Assembly: GCA_963830365.1 (NCBI GenBank)
Contig: CAWHMU010000047.1
Span: forward strand, 25,960-89,959
Direction of reading: 5' to 3'
From: an uncultured Chlamydiae bacterium
GTDB lineage: Bacteria > Chlamydiota > Chlamydiia > Chlamydiales > Parachlamydiaceae
Length of the DNA: 64,000 bases
Within the stretch, counting starts at the first letter, position 1; every line of letters begins with the position of its first letter. Both the position numbers and the translations under genes were made by a program. The notes under the pieces are model-generated. The model was not told the origin of the DNA. It did no database searches and saw only the letters and a list, made by a program, of their open reading frames with translations. This document shows positions 20,354-30,872 of this stretch, one piece after another.

Positions 20354-20865
20354 GCCTCCTTTTGGAACGACTGGCGGATGGCATCTTTAACCTGCTGGAG
20401 GATGGCCAGCACAGTAGGATCGCTGTCAGTTGCACAGTTAGGAATCAGCTCTTCCATCAAAGCGATAAAATAGAGTGCCGTTTGGCTATCGGCCAGACCC
20501 AGGCAGCAGAGCGCGGCATTGATATAGGGCCGTGGATCATTTGGGTTGAGGATGATGGCTGTTTCATAGGCGCTTTGGGCGGCTGGCAGGTCTCCCTTTT
20601 GCTGTTCGCACATGCCAAGGCTAAGCCATTGATTATGCAGACAGGGGTTCAGCTGGGTCAGGACTAAAAAAACGTCAGCGGCATCGGCGAATTTTCGTTC
20701 GTTGAACAGCTCGATGGCGTAGCTATAAAATTGGCCGAGCTGTTCATCGGAAAGTTTTAAAACCGCTTGCAGCGAGCTGCCGTTTTCCAGCTCATGGCTG
20801 AGGAACTTCTTGGTCAGCGGCCCTTGCTGGTTGATTTCTGCCATAGTCAGCATTCTTGCTTTCAT
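20350..20865 (-). CDS. SycD/LcrH-family type III secretion chaperone (TPR)
   Basis: YSYAIELFNERKFADAADVFLVLTQLNP...WLSLGMCEQ...AYETAIILNPNDPRPYINAALC. Confidence 0.8.
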   Translation of the reverse strand: MKARMLTMAEINQQGPLTKKFLSHELENGSSLQAVLKLSDEQLGQFYSYAIELFNERKFADAADVFLVLTQLNPCLHNQWLSLGMCEQQKGDLPAAQSAYETAIILNPNDPRPYINAALCCLGLADSQTALYFIALMEELIPNCATDSDPTVLAILQQVKDAIRQSFQKEA

Positions 20866-21025
20866 AAAATTTTCTCGCTAAATTTCAAGAAACGCTCATA
20901 AACTGAATTATAACATAATATTTTTTTTAAAAATAAGAAAAAGCAACTAGCTCGCGGTATGCATTGCTGTTTTATTATAATTCGTTTAATATAAGACTCT
21001 TTAAAAGCTGGATAGATGTAAATTT

Positions 21026-21736
21026 ATGGATAATGCCACTACAAAAATGAGATTGAGCAAGTTTCTGGCCGCCTCGGGCGTCGCTTCGCGGCGTGCCTGC
21101 GAAGAACTGATTTTTGCCGGCAAAGTGAGCGTCAATGGGGTCGTGGTCTTGCTGCCGCAAACGCTGGTCAATGAAAAAGACAAAATTGTCATTGATGAAA
21201 AGCGCGTGAATAAGGCCGAACCCAAGGTCTATTTTCTGCTCAATAAACCGGCGGGTTATGTATGTACCACCAAAAAAAATAACAGCACCAAGATTGTGTT
21301 AGACCTCTTTAGCGAGGTGGATTACCGCCTCTTTACCGTCGGCCGCTTGGATAAGGATACGCAAGGGCTACTGCTGGTGACCAACGACGGGCACTTTGCC
21401 AACCAGGTGATCCACCCCTCGGCAGAAATTCAAAAAGAATATTTAGTTAAGACTGATGCCGAAGTCACTGCTGACCACTTGACGGCCATTTCCAGCGGCA
21501 CGCTGGTAGAAGGGGTCTATGTAAGGCCCATCCGCGTGACCAAAGTCCGCCGCGGCACGCTCAAAATAACCATCGGTGAAGGTAAAAAGCGCGAAGTGCG
21601 CCTACTCATGGAAGCTGCCGGCTTGGCAGTCAAAGAACTTACCCGCATACGCATCGGCAACTTGCATTTGGGACCCCTGCCACCAGGTAGCTGGCGCCCC
21701 CTGACAGAAAAAGATAAAGGCTTAATTTTTGAATAG
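21026..21736 (+). CDS. rRNA pseudouridine synthase (RluB/RsuA family)
   Basis: S4 domain RLSKFLAASGVASRR, LNKPAG, VGRLDKDTQGLLLVTNDG, EGKKREVR. Confidence 0.92.
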   Translation: MDNATTKMRLSKFLAASGVASRRACEELIFAGKVSVNGVVVLLPQTLVNEKDKIVIDEKRVNKAEPKVYFLLNKPAGYVCTTKKNNSTKIVLDLFSEVDYRLFTVGRLDKDTQGLLLVTNDGHFANQVIHPSAEIQKEYLVKTDAEVTADHLTAISSGTLVEGVYVRPIRVTKVRRGTLKITIGEGKKREVRLLMEAAGLAVKELTRIRIGNLHLGPLPPGSWRPLTEKDKGLIFE

Positions 21737-21740
21737 ACTT

Positions 21741-22916
21741 ATGAAAAAACAAAAAAAAACACTCACTGCTGATCTTGAAACCGTGATGCCGATTCTCATC
21801 GGCGTATGGCGGCGTATGAACAAATTGTCCGGACCGCCCGACAAGCTGCAGACGCGCGAATTCCGCAGCGTGGTGGAAGCCGTGCAGCAGTTGCAGGCAG
21901 GTTTTGCCGACGGCAAAACATTGATCGGTACGGATTATTTCGCCGATCCGCAGCTGCTTGGCGCCTATCTGCTCTATCAATGGGTCGTGCACTATCAGCA
22001 AGGACTTTCCCTAATTGGCGAGCTGCCCAATGCGCCCAAGCGCGTTTTGGACGTATGCAGCGGGCCTGCAGCCTTTTCCTTTGCCGCTTTGCGGCATGGG
22101 GCCGAAGAAGTCATCGCCACCGATCAGAATCTGCAGGCCATGCAGCTGGGCGGGGAGATTTGCGGCCGCTATGGCTTGACGCTTTCGCTGCGCAAATGGA
22201 ACTGCCTCAAGCAGAATCTGCCGGTGGAAGGGAAATTCGATCTGATCATAGTGGGGCATTGCCTGGAAGAGTTATTTCCAAGCACTAAAGCCGGCTATCT
22301 CGACGATCAGCGCCTTTTCCTGGATCGCCTGATTGCGCGCTTGACGCCGGAAGGCTATCTGCTGATCGTCGGCAATTCATATCCTGAAGTCAATAAGCGT
22401 ATCTTGCAATTGCGCGATGATATGGTAGCTCAAGGCATACCTGTGCAAGCACCTTGTATCTGGCGCGGCGAATGCCCGGCCCTTAAAACAGCAAACAGTC
22501 CATGCTACGCCCAGCGCGAATTTGAAAAGCCTTTCCTGATCAAGGAAATTCAACGTGCCGCCGCGATCAATCTAAGCTCGCTCAAGATGACATATGTCAT
22601 CTTCCGCCATCCATCAGCCGGCTGGCCGTATGTGGGGGATAAAAAACTCTACCGTGTTATCAGTCCGCCGGTGGATTCCTTCAGCGGCAAGCGTTTCTAC
22701 CTTTGCGGCAGCGATGGCAAAAAGCAGCTCGGGTCGCATCTTACAGAGCATCCTGTGGAATCGCGGGCCTTTGAATATCTGCGCCGCGGCGAGTTGATAT
22801 CCTTTAGCGGGGCGTTGGAAAACCAAAGCGCCATCGATATTATTGAAGGGACGGCAGTGCATATAGAAGCGGCCTGCGGCAAGCCAGTACCCGAAGAAGG
22901 AAATAATGTGATGTGA
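21741..22916 (+). CDS. SAM-dependent methyltransferase, Rsm22/METTL17-like
   Basis: VLDVCSGPA motif I, FDLII, LTPEGYLLIV, LRD, APCIWRGECP...SPCY. Confidence 0.65.
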   Translation: MKKQKKTLTADLETVMPILIGVWRRMNKLSGPPDKLQTREFRSVVEAVQQLQAGFADGKTLIGTDYFADPQLLGAYLLYQWVVHYQQGLSLIGELPNAPKRVLDVCSGPAAFSFAALRHGAEEVIATDQNLQAMQLGGEICGRYGLTLSLRKWNCLKQNLPVEGKFDLIIVGHCLEELFPSTKAGYLDDQRLFLDRLIARLTPEGYLLIVGNSYPEVNKRILQLRDDMVAQGIPVQAPCIWRGECPALKTANSPCYAQREFEKPFLIKEIQRAAAINLSSLKMTYVIFRHPSAGWPYVGDKKLYRVISPPVDSFSGKRFYLCGSDGKKQLGSHLTEHPVESRAFEYLRRGELISFSGALENQSAIDIIEGTAVHIEAACGKPVPEEGNNVM

Positions 22917-23016
22917 TTTAAGCATTTGTGGCCGAAATATGACGAACCTAAGCGCGTGGTATAAGGCCGTGGTATAAGGCCCAGGTGTGATTAAGTGTCT
23001 TTTGTGAGTTAAGTGT

Positions 23017-24726
23017 ATGAAAAAAGCATCTTCCGCCGCCGAATTGCAAGCGGCCATCCGTCAGCTAGAAGCCTACTCCCGCCAGGCTGCTAGGCACGCG
23101 CTATTTTCCCCGCTTGCCAAGACCATCAGTTTCGTGCGCTCTTTCTGGCGCCAGGCACTGGCAGGTAAAGAGGTGGCGGGCAAGGCGAGTGGAGGCGGGG
23201 CCGTTGAAAAAAATGCGCTGCTGCGGGCTGTCGAAGTAATCAATCGTGAGCGGCTGTATATCCAAACTATGCAGGGAGGCAGCACTGCCGAGCAGAAGCT
23301 GGCCAATGCACTGACATCAGCCATCGATTCGTATAATAAGCATGCCTATGCCCCTTCTCCGCCTAATAAAGGCCTTGCCCAATATTTATCCGGAAAACTG
23401 ATTACAGCCCAAGAGCTGCCTCTCATTCATCTGCCCCAACAAACGACGGTCACCTACCATTATCCCCCTCAAATGGCGGCTGAAGTGGCAGCAAGTACTG
23501 CCAAATATGCCATGCACGTTATCCAGCCTATGGCCCTTGCTCCGGAGGCTTTGCCGCTTTCCAAACAATCGAAGGAACTCTTCCAAATGAAGGTGCTGGC
23601 GTTGCTGGAGCGCTATGGCATCGCCACAAATCCTGAAGCGCGCGCCCTCGTCAAACAATCTCCCATCCATACATCTGTAAAGGGCGTAGACGGCGCCACA
23701 TGCATGCTGACGCAGACACTGACGCTTTTTCCCGGGCAGACGGTGGTGGTGATGGGGACTTCGGCCTTGGATCCCAAAACGCAGACGATCAGCCGGCTTT
23801 TTCCGGAGTCCTTTTATGTGTCTTTGAAATCGACGCAGACAGCTTTTCCGCATGCCTCACAAAGAGCAGGTTGGACGCTGGCCAATCAGCTGTTGCCTGA
23901 ATGTCCGCAGCGCATGGATTTGCTTAAGCAGGCAGCTGAACTCTTTCAACAGAAACAACAAACCATGCAAGCCCTATTGCCGCAGGGCGTTTTGATCGGC
24001 AAAGCCAAACAGCTGTTAAAACTGAAGAAAAAGGTTTTTTCGGCACATCAGGGTGAATTTATCGCCATGCATCAACAGCTCGCCAAGGCCCTTATGCAAG
24101 CGGCGCCTGCGGCATGGGTGTTGCCGCAGACGGCAGCGGTTGTCGAAAGTTTCTATGCAGCCTTTAACAGCCATTCCTTTGCTTTTGAGCGGCTGATAGA
24201 GACCAATCAAAGCATCAGTGAAATTTTCATTGCCCAACCGCAGCGCATGCTTTTTGATGCCATCATCAAGGGAAAGCATACTGAGTTTGGCAGCCCGCAG
24301 GCAGGCGTGCGCTATGCAGCTGCCAAATCGATTTTGGCACACGCCTGCGAAGGGAATGTCATGAAGCTGGCCCATCATCAACCTGCCCATGATCAAATCA
24401 GGAGCGAATATATCGCCTGTATAGGGCATGTGCTGGGGTTGGCGGCGCAGCCGATTATTTTGCAATATTTGTCTGAAGACCTCATCTTTACCCCGCCTGT
24501 GCTCACCATTTTCGAGCAGCGTGTACAGGCGGCAGCCTACCTGCAAGTGTCGGACTTTCTGCAGGAATTAAACCTGCCCTTAGAGTCTGAGGAAAATGTT
24601 TATCAGCGGTTTCGCCACCAAATGGAAGCAGACATTGCCTGTTTCCAAACAGCAGGCAAACTTAGCTTGCCGGCAGAGCTGGCGGCTTATTACCAGCAGC
24701 GCTATATCCACTTAAGCGCCATCTAA
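23017..24726 (+). CDS. Hypothetical protein
   Basis: 569-aa ORF; no recognisable motif. Confidence 0.75.
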   Translation: MKKASSAAELQAAIRQLEAYSRQAARHALFSPLAKTISFVRSFWRQALAGKEVAGKASGGGAVEKNALLRAVEVINRERLYIQTMQGGSTAEQKLANALTSAIDSYNKHAYAPSPPNKGLAQYLSGKLITAQELPLIHLPQQTTVTYHYPPQMAAEVAASTAKYAMHVIQPMALAPEALPLSKQSKELFQMKVLALLERYGIATNPEARALVKQSPIHTSVKGVDGATCMLTQTLTLFPGQTVVVMGTSALDPKTQTISRLFPESFYVSLKSTQTAFPHASQRAGWTLANQLLPECPQRMDLLKQAAELFQQKQQTMQALLPQGVLIGKAKQLLKLKKKVFSAHQGEFIAMHQQLAKALMQAAPAAWVLPQTAAVVESFYAAFNSHSFAFERLIETNQSISEIFIAQPQRMLFDAIIKGKHTEFGSPQAGVRYAAAKSILAHACEGNVMKLAHHQPAHDQIRSEYIACIGHVLGLAAQPIILQYLSEDLIFTPPVLTIFEQRVQAAAYLQVSDFLQELNLPLESEENVYQRFRHQMEADIACFQTAGKLSLPAELAAYYQQRYIHLSAI

Positions 24727-25010
24727 GCCTGTCCTGAAATCCAACGTAAAGGAACAGCCAAGAGGCGCAATGCAAGGCAATTCACCACCGAGGCACCGAG
24801 ACAAAGAGAAGGCCGCGACAACATAAAACAGGATAGTTGGGCATAAGCATTAGGCACCAATATCGTATTCTTTGCAGGATAGGCAAGATAAAAGCGTTAT
24901 GGTGCAAACCTCAACAGAGACTTATCTATCCTTTTTTATGTTGTCGCGGCCTTCTCTTTGTCTCGGTGCCTCTGTGGTGAATTGTCTTCTTGTGCGCCTC
25001 TGGGCTGCTT
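24725..25010. repeat. Palindromic miniature element, family A
   Basis: GGCAATTCACCACCGAGGCACCGAGACAAAGAGAAGGCCGCGACAACATAAAA pairs with TTTTATGTTGTCGCGGCCTTCTCTTTGTCTCGGTGCCTCTGTGGTGAATTGTC; lies between convergent genes. Confidence 0.9.
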
Positions 25011-26272
25011 TAGCTACCAGCTATGGGTAGCTGGTGCAGTTGGCGGCTGTATCTTGCCATATAGGCCGTTGACAGCAGGCATAGCGCCCCGCCAATCAGC
25101 ATCACGCCGGTGGCATGCAGCGGGTAGGCCAGCAGGCTGCCGATAGCCGGCACGAAGCAGCCGCGCAATCCCACCGTCAGCACATTCACGCTGCTATATA
25201 CCGAGCTGTCCTCTTCTTTGGCAAAGCTCATGCCGGAAAGATGCCAGCTCATCTCGCTGCCCCCTTGCATTACGCCATAGAGCAGATAGCCTACATAAAG
25301 CCACATCAAGTTGACCTGGGCGCCAATCAGGCAGAGTGGAAAGAGAAAGGCCAGCAGCGTCACCCAGCTGTTGAAGCGGTAGATATCGATCTTATTCATC
25401 AGGCGCGCCCAAGCCGGCGAACTTAAGGCGACGCCGATGCCTTTGCATAGCGTCAAAGCCACGGCCAGCTCGGTATAGGTCAAATGCAGTCCATCCATCA
25501 GAAAGACCGGCAGCATCGGCTGCATGATGATCAGGCCGGAGCCGCCCAGCATGAATCCCAGCTGATAGCGGGCAAAGTCGGGACGTCGCTTAAGCAGTTC
25601 CCAAGTGCTTTTCCATGGCTTTAGGAGTTGTTGCTGCCATGCTTGGGGGGCAGGCGTTTGTTGATCGCTTTCCGCATCAGCATTTATGGCGATGGGGATG
25701 CGGGCTTTGAAGAAGATGGCGCTGAGCGAAAGCAGGGCGGTGGCCGGGAAAATCCAGCGCCAGGACTCATGATAGGTGTCCATGAGATTGCCGAAGGCAA
25801 AGGGGATCAATGCCGTGCCGATATAGCCGAAGGCGGTGCCATAGGCGAAGATGCGTTCGCGCGAGACGGCAGGCACATTCAATTTAAGCACTTCCATCCA
25901 CGCCGGTATGGTGCCGCGCGCAAGCATCATATAAAAACCGAAGGAAAGAATGAAAAACCAGGGGTTGTCGACAAAGGGAAAGAAGAAAAAAGGCAAATGA
26001 CTCAAGACGCGCGCCCAAATCAGGTTGGCTAACAGCCGGTCTTTGCGTTTTTCGATCAAGGCGCTCCAATAGATGGCAATGAGCGATACGGCCGGCTTTA
26101 AGACGACGATGGCCGTAATTTGCAGCGGCGTGGCATGCAAATCCTTATACAGGATAAAAGGCAGCATGTTGAAGATGTACCAGAAGGGAGTATCAAGAAT
26201 GCTCTTCCACATATAGGCAGCACGCGTCTTTTGCCACGCCTTATCGGATGTTGCTGTGCTTTGTCCCATCAT
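25010..26272 (-). CDS. MFS transporter
   Basis: About 12 hydrophobic segments in two halves. Confidence 0.8.
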   Translation of the reverse strand: MMGQSTATSDKAWQKTRAAYMWKSILDTPFWYIFNMLPFILYKDLHATPLQITAIVVLKPAVSLIAIYWSALIEKRKDRLLANLIWARVLSHLPFFFFPFVDNPWFFILSFGFYMMLARGTIPAWMEVLKLNVPAVSRERIFAYGTAFGYIGTALIPFAFGNLMDTYHESWRWIFPATALLSLSAIFFKARIPIAINADAESDQQTPAPQAWQQQLLKPWKSTWELLKRRPDFARYQLGFMLGGSGLIIMQPMLPVFLMDGLHLTYTELAVALTLCKGIGVALSSPAWARLMNKIDIYRFNSWVTLLAFLFPLCLIGAQVNLMWLYVGYLLYGVMQGGSEMSWHLSGMSFAKEEDSSVYSSVNVLTVGLRGCFVPAIGSLLAYPLHATGVMLIGGALCLLSTAYMARYSRQLHQLPIAGS

Positions 26273-26362
26273 TGTCCTTAATTCAGATCACTAGACTTAG
26301 TTAAGCTTTGTAAAAGTTTAACACAATATAAATTATAGATATATCATAATTAGAGCTAAAAT

Positions 26363-27385
26363 CTATTCTAAGATGCAGTGGTACTCGTGGTCGGCCTGAC
26401 CGGTATGGCTGTCGATGATGACGCGCTTGGGGGGGATTTCGGCACAGATCGGCTGGGCATAGGGACAGCGCGTGCGGAAAGGACAGCCTGACGGCGGATG
26501 CAGGGCCGAGGGGATTTCGCCTTTCAGGAAGATGCGTTGCCTTTTCTCTGCCGGGTGGTTTTTGGGGATGGCGGAGAGTAAAGCTTGTGTATAAGGATGA
26601 CGGGGATTGCTGAAAAGCTCTTCGACGGAGGCTTTTTCCATGACTTTACCCAGATAGAGCACGATCACGCGGTCGCACAAATATTTGATCAGCGACAAGT
26701 CGTGCGAGATAAAGATATAGCTTAGCGACAGGGTGTGCTTAAGTTCCTGCAACAGGTTGAGGATCTGGGCCTGCACCGAGACGTCCAGCGCCGATACGGC
26801 CTCGTCACAGACGATCAGGCGGGGCTTGAGCGAAATGGCCCGCCCGATGCAGATGCGCTGCTGCTGTCCACCAGAAAATTGATGCGGATAGCGCCACATG
26901 ATATCCGGCGGCAGTCCTACCAGCGATAGCACCTCGGCCACGCGCTCCTGCTGCTCGGCCCGCGTCTTTACGATGCCATGGTAAAGCAGTCCTTCGCCAA
27001 TGCTGTCGCATACCGTCTTGCGCGGATTGAGCGAGGCGAAGGGATCCTGGAAAACGATTTGGGCATGCTTGCGAAATTCTTTAAGGCCCTTTCCATCCAA
27101 TTTAAGCAGATTTTGTCCTTCGAAAGACACCTCGCCGGCGGTGGGCTCGATCAGCCGCAGTACGGCGCGCCCAAGCGTGCTTTTGCCGGAACCTGTCTCA
27201 CCGACAATGCCCAGCACTTCGCCACGGCGTAGGTCGAAGTCTACGCCTTCAACGGCCTGGACATGGCCGACGACTTTACGGATGATGCCGGACATGACAG
27301 GGAAATGAACTTTAAGGCCCTGCACCTGCATGAGCATCTCTTTGGCAGGGGGGCTGTCTAGTGCGTTTTGTTTGTCATTTGGCAT
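26363..27385 (-). CDS. Oligopeptide/dipeptide ABC transporter ATP-binding protein (OppF/DppF type)
   Basis: GETGSGKST, YPHQFSGGQQQR, CDEAVSALD, HPYT, GCPFRTRC. Confidence 0.93.
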   Translation of the reverse strand: MPNDKQNALDSPPAKEMLMQVQGLKVHFPVMSGIIRKVVGHVQAVEGVDFDLRRGEVLGIVGETGSGKSTLGRAVLRLIEPTAGEVSFEGQNLLKLDGKGLKEFRKHAQIVFQDPFASLNPRKTVCDSIGEGLLYHGIVKTRAEQQERVAEVLSLVGLPPDIMWRYPHQFSGGQQQRICIGRAISLKPRLIVCDEAVSALDVSVQAQILNLLQELKHTLSLSYIFISHDLSLIKYLCDRVIVLYLGKVMEKASVEELFSNPRHPYTQALLSAIPKNHPAEKRQRIFLKGEIPSALHPPSGCPFRTRCPYAQPICAEIPPKRVIIDSHTGQADHEYHCILE

Positions 27386-28412
27386 GGTTGTTTCCTGAAA
27401 GCATACGATGGCGGCGGTTTTCCACCGTCAGTTCCTTATCGTGCAGCCAGCATTTGGCGGTATGGCGCGCCTCGCCGGCTACCGGGAAGGTGGGCACGTG
27501 GCCAAGCAGGCAGCGCTCCATCACATGCGGGCAGCGCGGATGGAAGCGGCAGCCGCTTGGAAAATGATCGGGTGAAGGCACCGCCCCTTTAATCGAATGC
27601 AGCCGGGCTTTGGGTGGCTGCATGGCCGGACGCGAGGCGAACAATTCCTGCGTGTAGGGATGGGCCATATGGTCGAAAACAGCCGTCACATTACCCCGCT
27701 CCACCGACTGCGAGGCATACATGACGATCACATCATCGGCCATTTCGGCCACGATGCCCATGTCGTGCGTGATGAGCAGCACGGCCATGCCTTTGTCTTT
27801 CTGCAGGGCGCGGATAAGATCTAAAATCTGCGCCTGGATGGTCACATCCAAAGCTGTCGTCGGCTCATCGGCGATCAGCACGTCGGGCTCGCACATCAAG
27901 GCCATGGCAATCATCACGCGTTGGCGCATTCCTCCCGAAAGTTGATGGGGATAGTTGAAAAAACGTTCCTTGGGCGAGGGGATGCCGACTTCTGTTAAGA
28001 CTTTGATGGCGCGGACTTCGGCAGCCTCGCCAAAGAGGCCAAGATGCAGCTCCGCTACTTCTACCAGCTGGTCGCCAATCGTATAGACCGGATTTAATGC
28101 CGAAGTGGGATCTTGAAAAATCATGGCCATGCGTCCGCCGCGGATGGTGCGCATCTCCTTTTCGGTGAGGGTGAGCAGATTTTGATTTCGGTAAATAACT
28201 TTGCCGGTCGAAGGCAAAGCCGGGGGATGGGGCAGGATGCGCAGCAGCGATAAGGCCGTCAGCGATTTGCCGCAGCCGGATTCTCCCACCAGCGCCAGGG
28301 TTTTGCCGGCAAAGAGGTCAAAGGAGAGTCCATCCACAATGGTGATGGCATGCTTCCCCACCTGCAGCCTGGTGGTGAGATTTTTAACTTGTAGGACAGC
28401 TTCGTCATGCAT
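27375..28412 (-). CDS. Oligopeptide/dipeptide ABC transporter ATP-binding protein (OppD/DppD type)
   Basis: [37 protein letters not shown]. Confidence 0.93.
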   Translation of the reverse strand: MHDEAVLQVKNLTTRLQVGKHAITIVDGLSFDLFAGKTLALVGESGCGKSLTALSLLRILPHPPALPSTGKVIYRNQNLLTLTEKEMRTIRGGRMAMIFQDPTSALNPVYTIGDQLVEVAELHLGLFGEAAEVRAIKVLTEVGIPSPKERFFNYPHQLSGGMRQRVMIAMALMCEPDVLIADEPTTALDVTIQAQILDLIRALQKDKGMAVLLITHDMGIVAEMADDVIVMYASQSVERGNVTAVFDHMAHPYTQELFASRPAMQPPKARLHSIKGAVPSPDHFPSGCRFHPRCPHVMERCLLGHVPTFPVAGEARHTAKCWLHDKELTVENRRHRMLSGNNHAK

Positions 28413-28641
28413 CTTGGGCGTTTCCTAGGTAGAGAGTTAGCTTGCCAAGAAATGGATTTATCCGGAAAAGGAATTTTTCATTTTTACGGCAAAAGGCGAA
28501 GCTAAAGAATAAAAAGATGGTTTAAAGTAAATATTATGTTTATTTTTATTAAAGTTTGTTATAATAAGAGTTGTAGTATTCTTCGGTTGTCAGTGATTAG
28601 AATGTGAAGAAGCTGCGTAACGTACACAAGGAGTGATAGTT

Positions 28642-28848
28642 ATGGCCAAATATATCGAATATGTTGCCGCCATTTTGCTGATCGTGGGCGGTCTTAACTG
28701 GGGTTTAGTCGGCCTAGCTGACTTTAACCTGGTCACCACATTGTTTGGTGTTGGTATGCTTACCAAAGTTGTTTACATCTTGGTCGGCGCCTCGGCTGTG
28801 TATGAAATATTTAATTACTTCAAACACGGCTCTTGCTGCGCTAAGTAG
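28642..28848 (+). CDS. DUF378-family small membrane protein
   Basis: LLIVGGLNWGLVGL..FNLV...VYILVG. Confidence 0.88.
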   Translation: MAKYIEYVAAILLIVGGLNWGLVGLADFNLVTTLFGVGMLTKVVYILVGASAVYEIFNYFKHGSCCAK

Positions 28849-28987
28849 GTCAGGGTTTTTTACTGATTCTTATCTTAATAACAAAGCTCTGGGGGGCTTT
28901 GCTTTATCAAAACAGCAGTTGGACACCAGCACAGTTTAGGCTATGCCGGGCGTTTCAGCTGCTGTTTTGTTGTAATAGCGGGAGTTT

Positions 28988-29863
28988 GTGATGACGCCTA
29001 TCGTAAGCCTGGTGCAGACGACGACCTACGACTTTACCCCCGCCCATTTGCGCCTGCCAACCTGCCTATGGACGGCTTTTACCGCGCTCAATAAGCTCCA
29101 TGGCGTCTGGCGCTGGTATCGTCGCATCGAACTTTATCGGCACCCCGACAACCTGGTGCAGCTTATGGCCGGCCATGTCGTCAATCTGGTCATCGGCGAG
29201 GCTTTGATCCTGCGCCTGGCCGCACAATGCCTGCTGGTGGCTAAGCGCGTGTTGGCCTGCGTGCAGCAGCAGTCCGACCTATGTCAGGCCGGGCAGCGCT
29301 GGTTGCTGGCCTTTAAAGGCCACTACCCGCGGCCGGTAAAGGTGTCGTGGGAAAAGGAAGCCGGCTACAGCTGTTTGTCGCCTATCACCATCCATTGGTG
29401 GAAAACGACCGCCATTGCCTTCTGGCAGCGCATCGACAGGCTGGCCCGCGGCACGCTTGGCGTATGCCATGAGGCCTTTAAGCTCAGCATGTGCATTATG
29501 GATGTCATCGACGCCTGCTGCTGGAGTCCGGCCACGCGCCATGAAGGCATCCATGAAGGTTTTGTCAATATCACCAAATGGCTGGATACTACCGTACAGC
29601 ATAAGGAGAAGTTGCTGGCCGGTATCAGCGCCAACCAGGCGCTGATCGAACGCCTATTGCAAGGTTCTGTCATCAGCTATGCCCAGCTGCATACCGGCGT
29701 GAGCACGGCTTTGGCTAAGACGGAAACGATTCAACGGGGTATCAAGAAAATATCGACGATAGGCGGCGGCGTACTGGTGGATATGGGAAAGCAAGCCGTC
29801 AATGGCAGCCTAGTGGTAATGGGGCTGGCCAACTGCCGCCCGCTAACTCTAGCCAAAGTTTAA
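28988..29863 (+). CDS. Hypothetical protein
   Basis: 291-aa ORF with upstream GGAG. Confidence 0.65.
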   Translation: MMTPIVSLVQTTTYDFTPAHLRLPTCLWTAFTALNKLHGVWRWYRRIELYRHPDNLVQLMAGHVVNLVIGEALILRLAAQCLLVAKRVLACVQQQSDLCQAGQRWLLAFKGHYPRPVKVSWEKEAGYSCLSPITIHWWKTTAIAFWQRIDRLARGTLGVCHEAFKLSMCIMDVIDACCWSPATRHEGIHEGFVNITKWLDTTVQHKEKLLAGISANQALIERLLQGSVISYAQLHTGVSTALAKTETIQRGIKKISTIGGGVLVDMGKQAVNGSLVVMGLANCRPLTLAKV

Positions 29864-29946
29864 CCAGGAAATGGCATCGGGAAATGGCAGTTACCCATGG
29901 AAAAGCTTGTGCACCTTTTCACAACCTAACCGCGCGTGGTATAGGT

Positions 29947-30648
29947 TTAAGCCTGAGTTGTCCCGCTATCAGCCGCCTGCATAGACCAGCTGCGCAACAA
30001 CGCTCCGCCGACAAACCATGCGCCGGCGATAATCGAACCGATGCCGATGACACCGGAGGTAATACCCACCGTGACGTTGGCGATATCATGGCGGCGGGCA
30101 TGCACTTTTGCGGCCAGCGTTTGCAGTCCCTTGCAAGCTGCGCTAACGGCAAGCAAAGGCACGAAGCCCTTGAGCATGGCATTTCCACAGGCCCGGAGTG
30201 TCGAGGAGTCGTCGACTCCTAGCAGCATTGAGATTTCTGCTGTCGCCAGGGCGCTTAATGCCAGATGGGCGAGTTTGCAGGCGGTGGTATATGAGAAGTC
30301 TCTATTTTCTATCGGCAAGCGCGTCACGTGCATGCTGGCAGAAAAAATCGCCGCCGTGGCCGCACAGCTGCCTGATAGTTGCGTACCCGTGATGGGACCA
30401 AGTAGCTGTGTCGGGGTGATGAGATCGATCGATTTGCCCGCCACATACCCCATCATCCCTCCAGCCAATGCCGTTCCCATCACTTTAGCACTGCCGACAA
30501 GCGTTTTGGCTGCCAGCTTGTATAGTTTGGAGTCTTTTTCAGCTGCCGCCGGTTTGGCCGCCATGGGTTTGGTCGCCATGGGTGCCGCAGCCCCAGCCTG
30601 TAGCTGGCTTAGGTGAAGCATGCTTGGTCGCGCGGCAATTGATGTCAT
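29947..30648 (-). CDS. Hypothetical membrane protein (Inc-like candidate)
   Basis: Low-complexity N-terminus with AAAPM/ATKPM/AAKPA repeats; several Ala/Gly-rich hydrophobic segments. Confidence 0.6.
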   Translation of the reverse strand: MTSIAARPSMLHLSQLQAGAAAPMATKPMAAKPAAAEKDSKLYKLAAKTLVGSAKVMGTALAGGMMGYVAGKSIDLITPTQLLGPITGTQLSGSCAATAAIFSASMHVTRLPIENRDFSYTTACKLAHLALSALATAEISMLLGVDDSSTLRACGNAMLKGFVPLLAVSAACKGLQTLAAKVHARRHDIANVTVGITSGVIGIGSIIAGAWFVGGALLRSWSMQAADSGTTQA

Positions 30649-30872
30649 GTTAGCACCCTATATTTATAAGTAAAGAACGCAATTATAATACATGGGATTG
30701 AATTTTGTCAATCAATATTAAATAAAACAGTATGACAATAAGCTGTGAAACTTTATGTATGAGGTGGAAAGTATTGCGTAAGCTTTCGGGTTTTATTCGA
30801 TTGAATTAAATGATAGCAATGTAATATACTATTTCATTTTTGAGAGTAAAATATTATTACAAGGAATTTATT

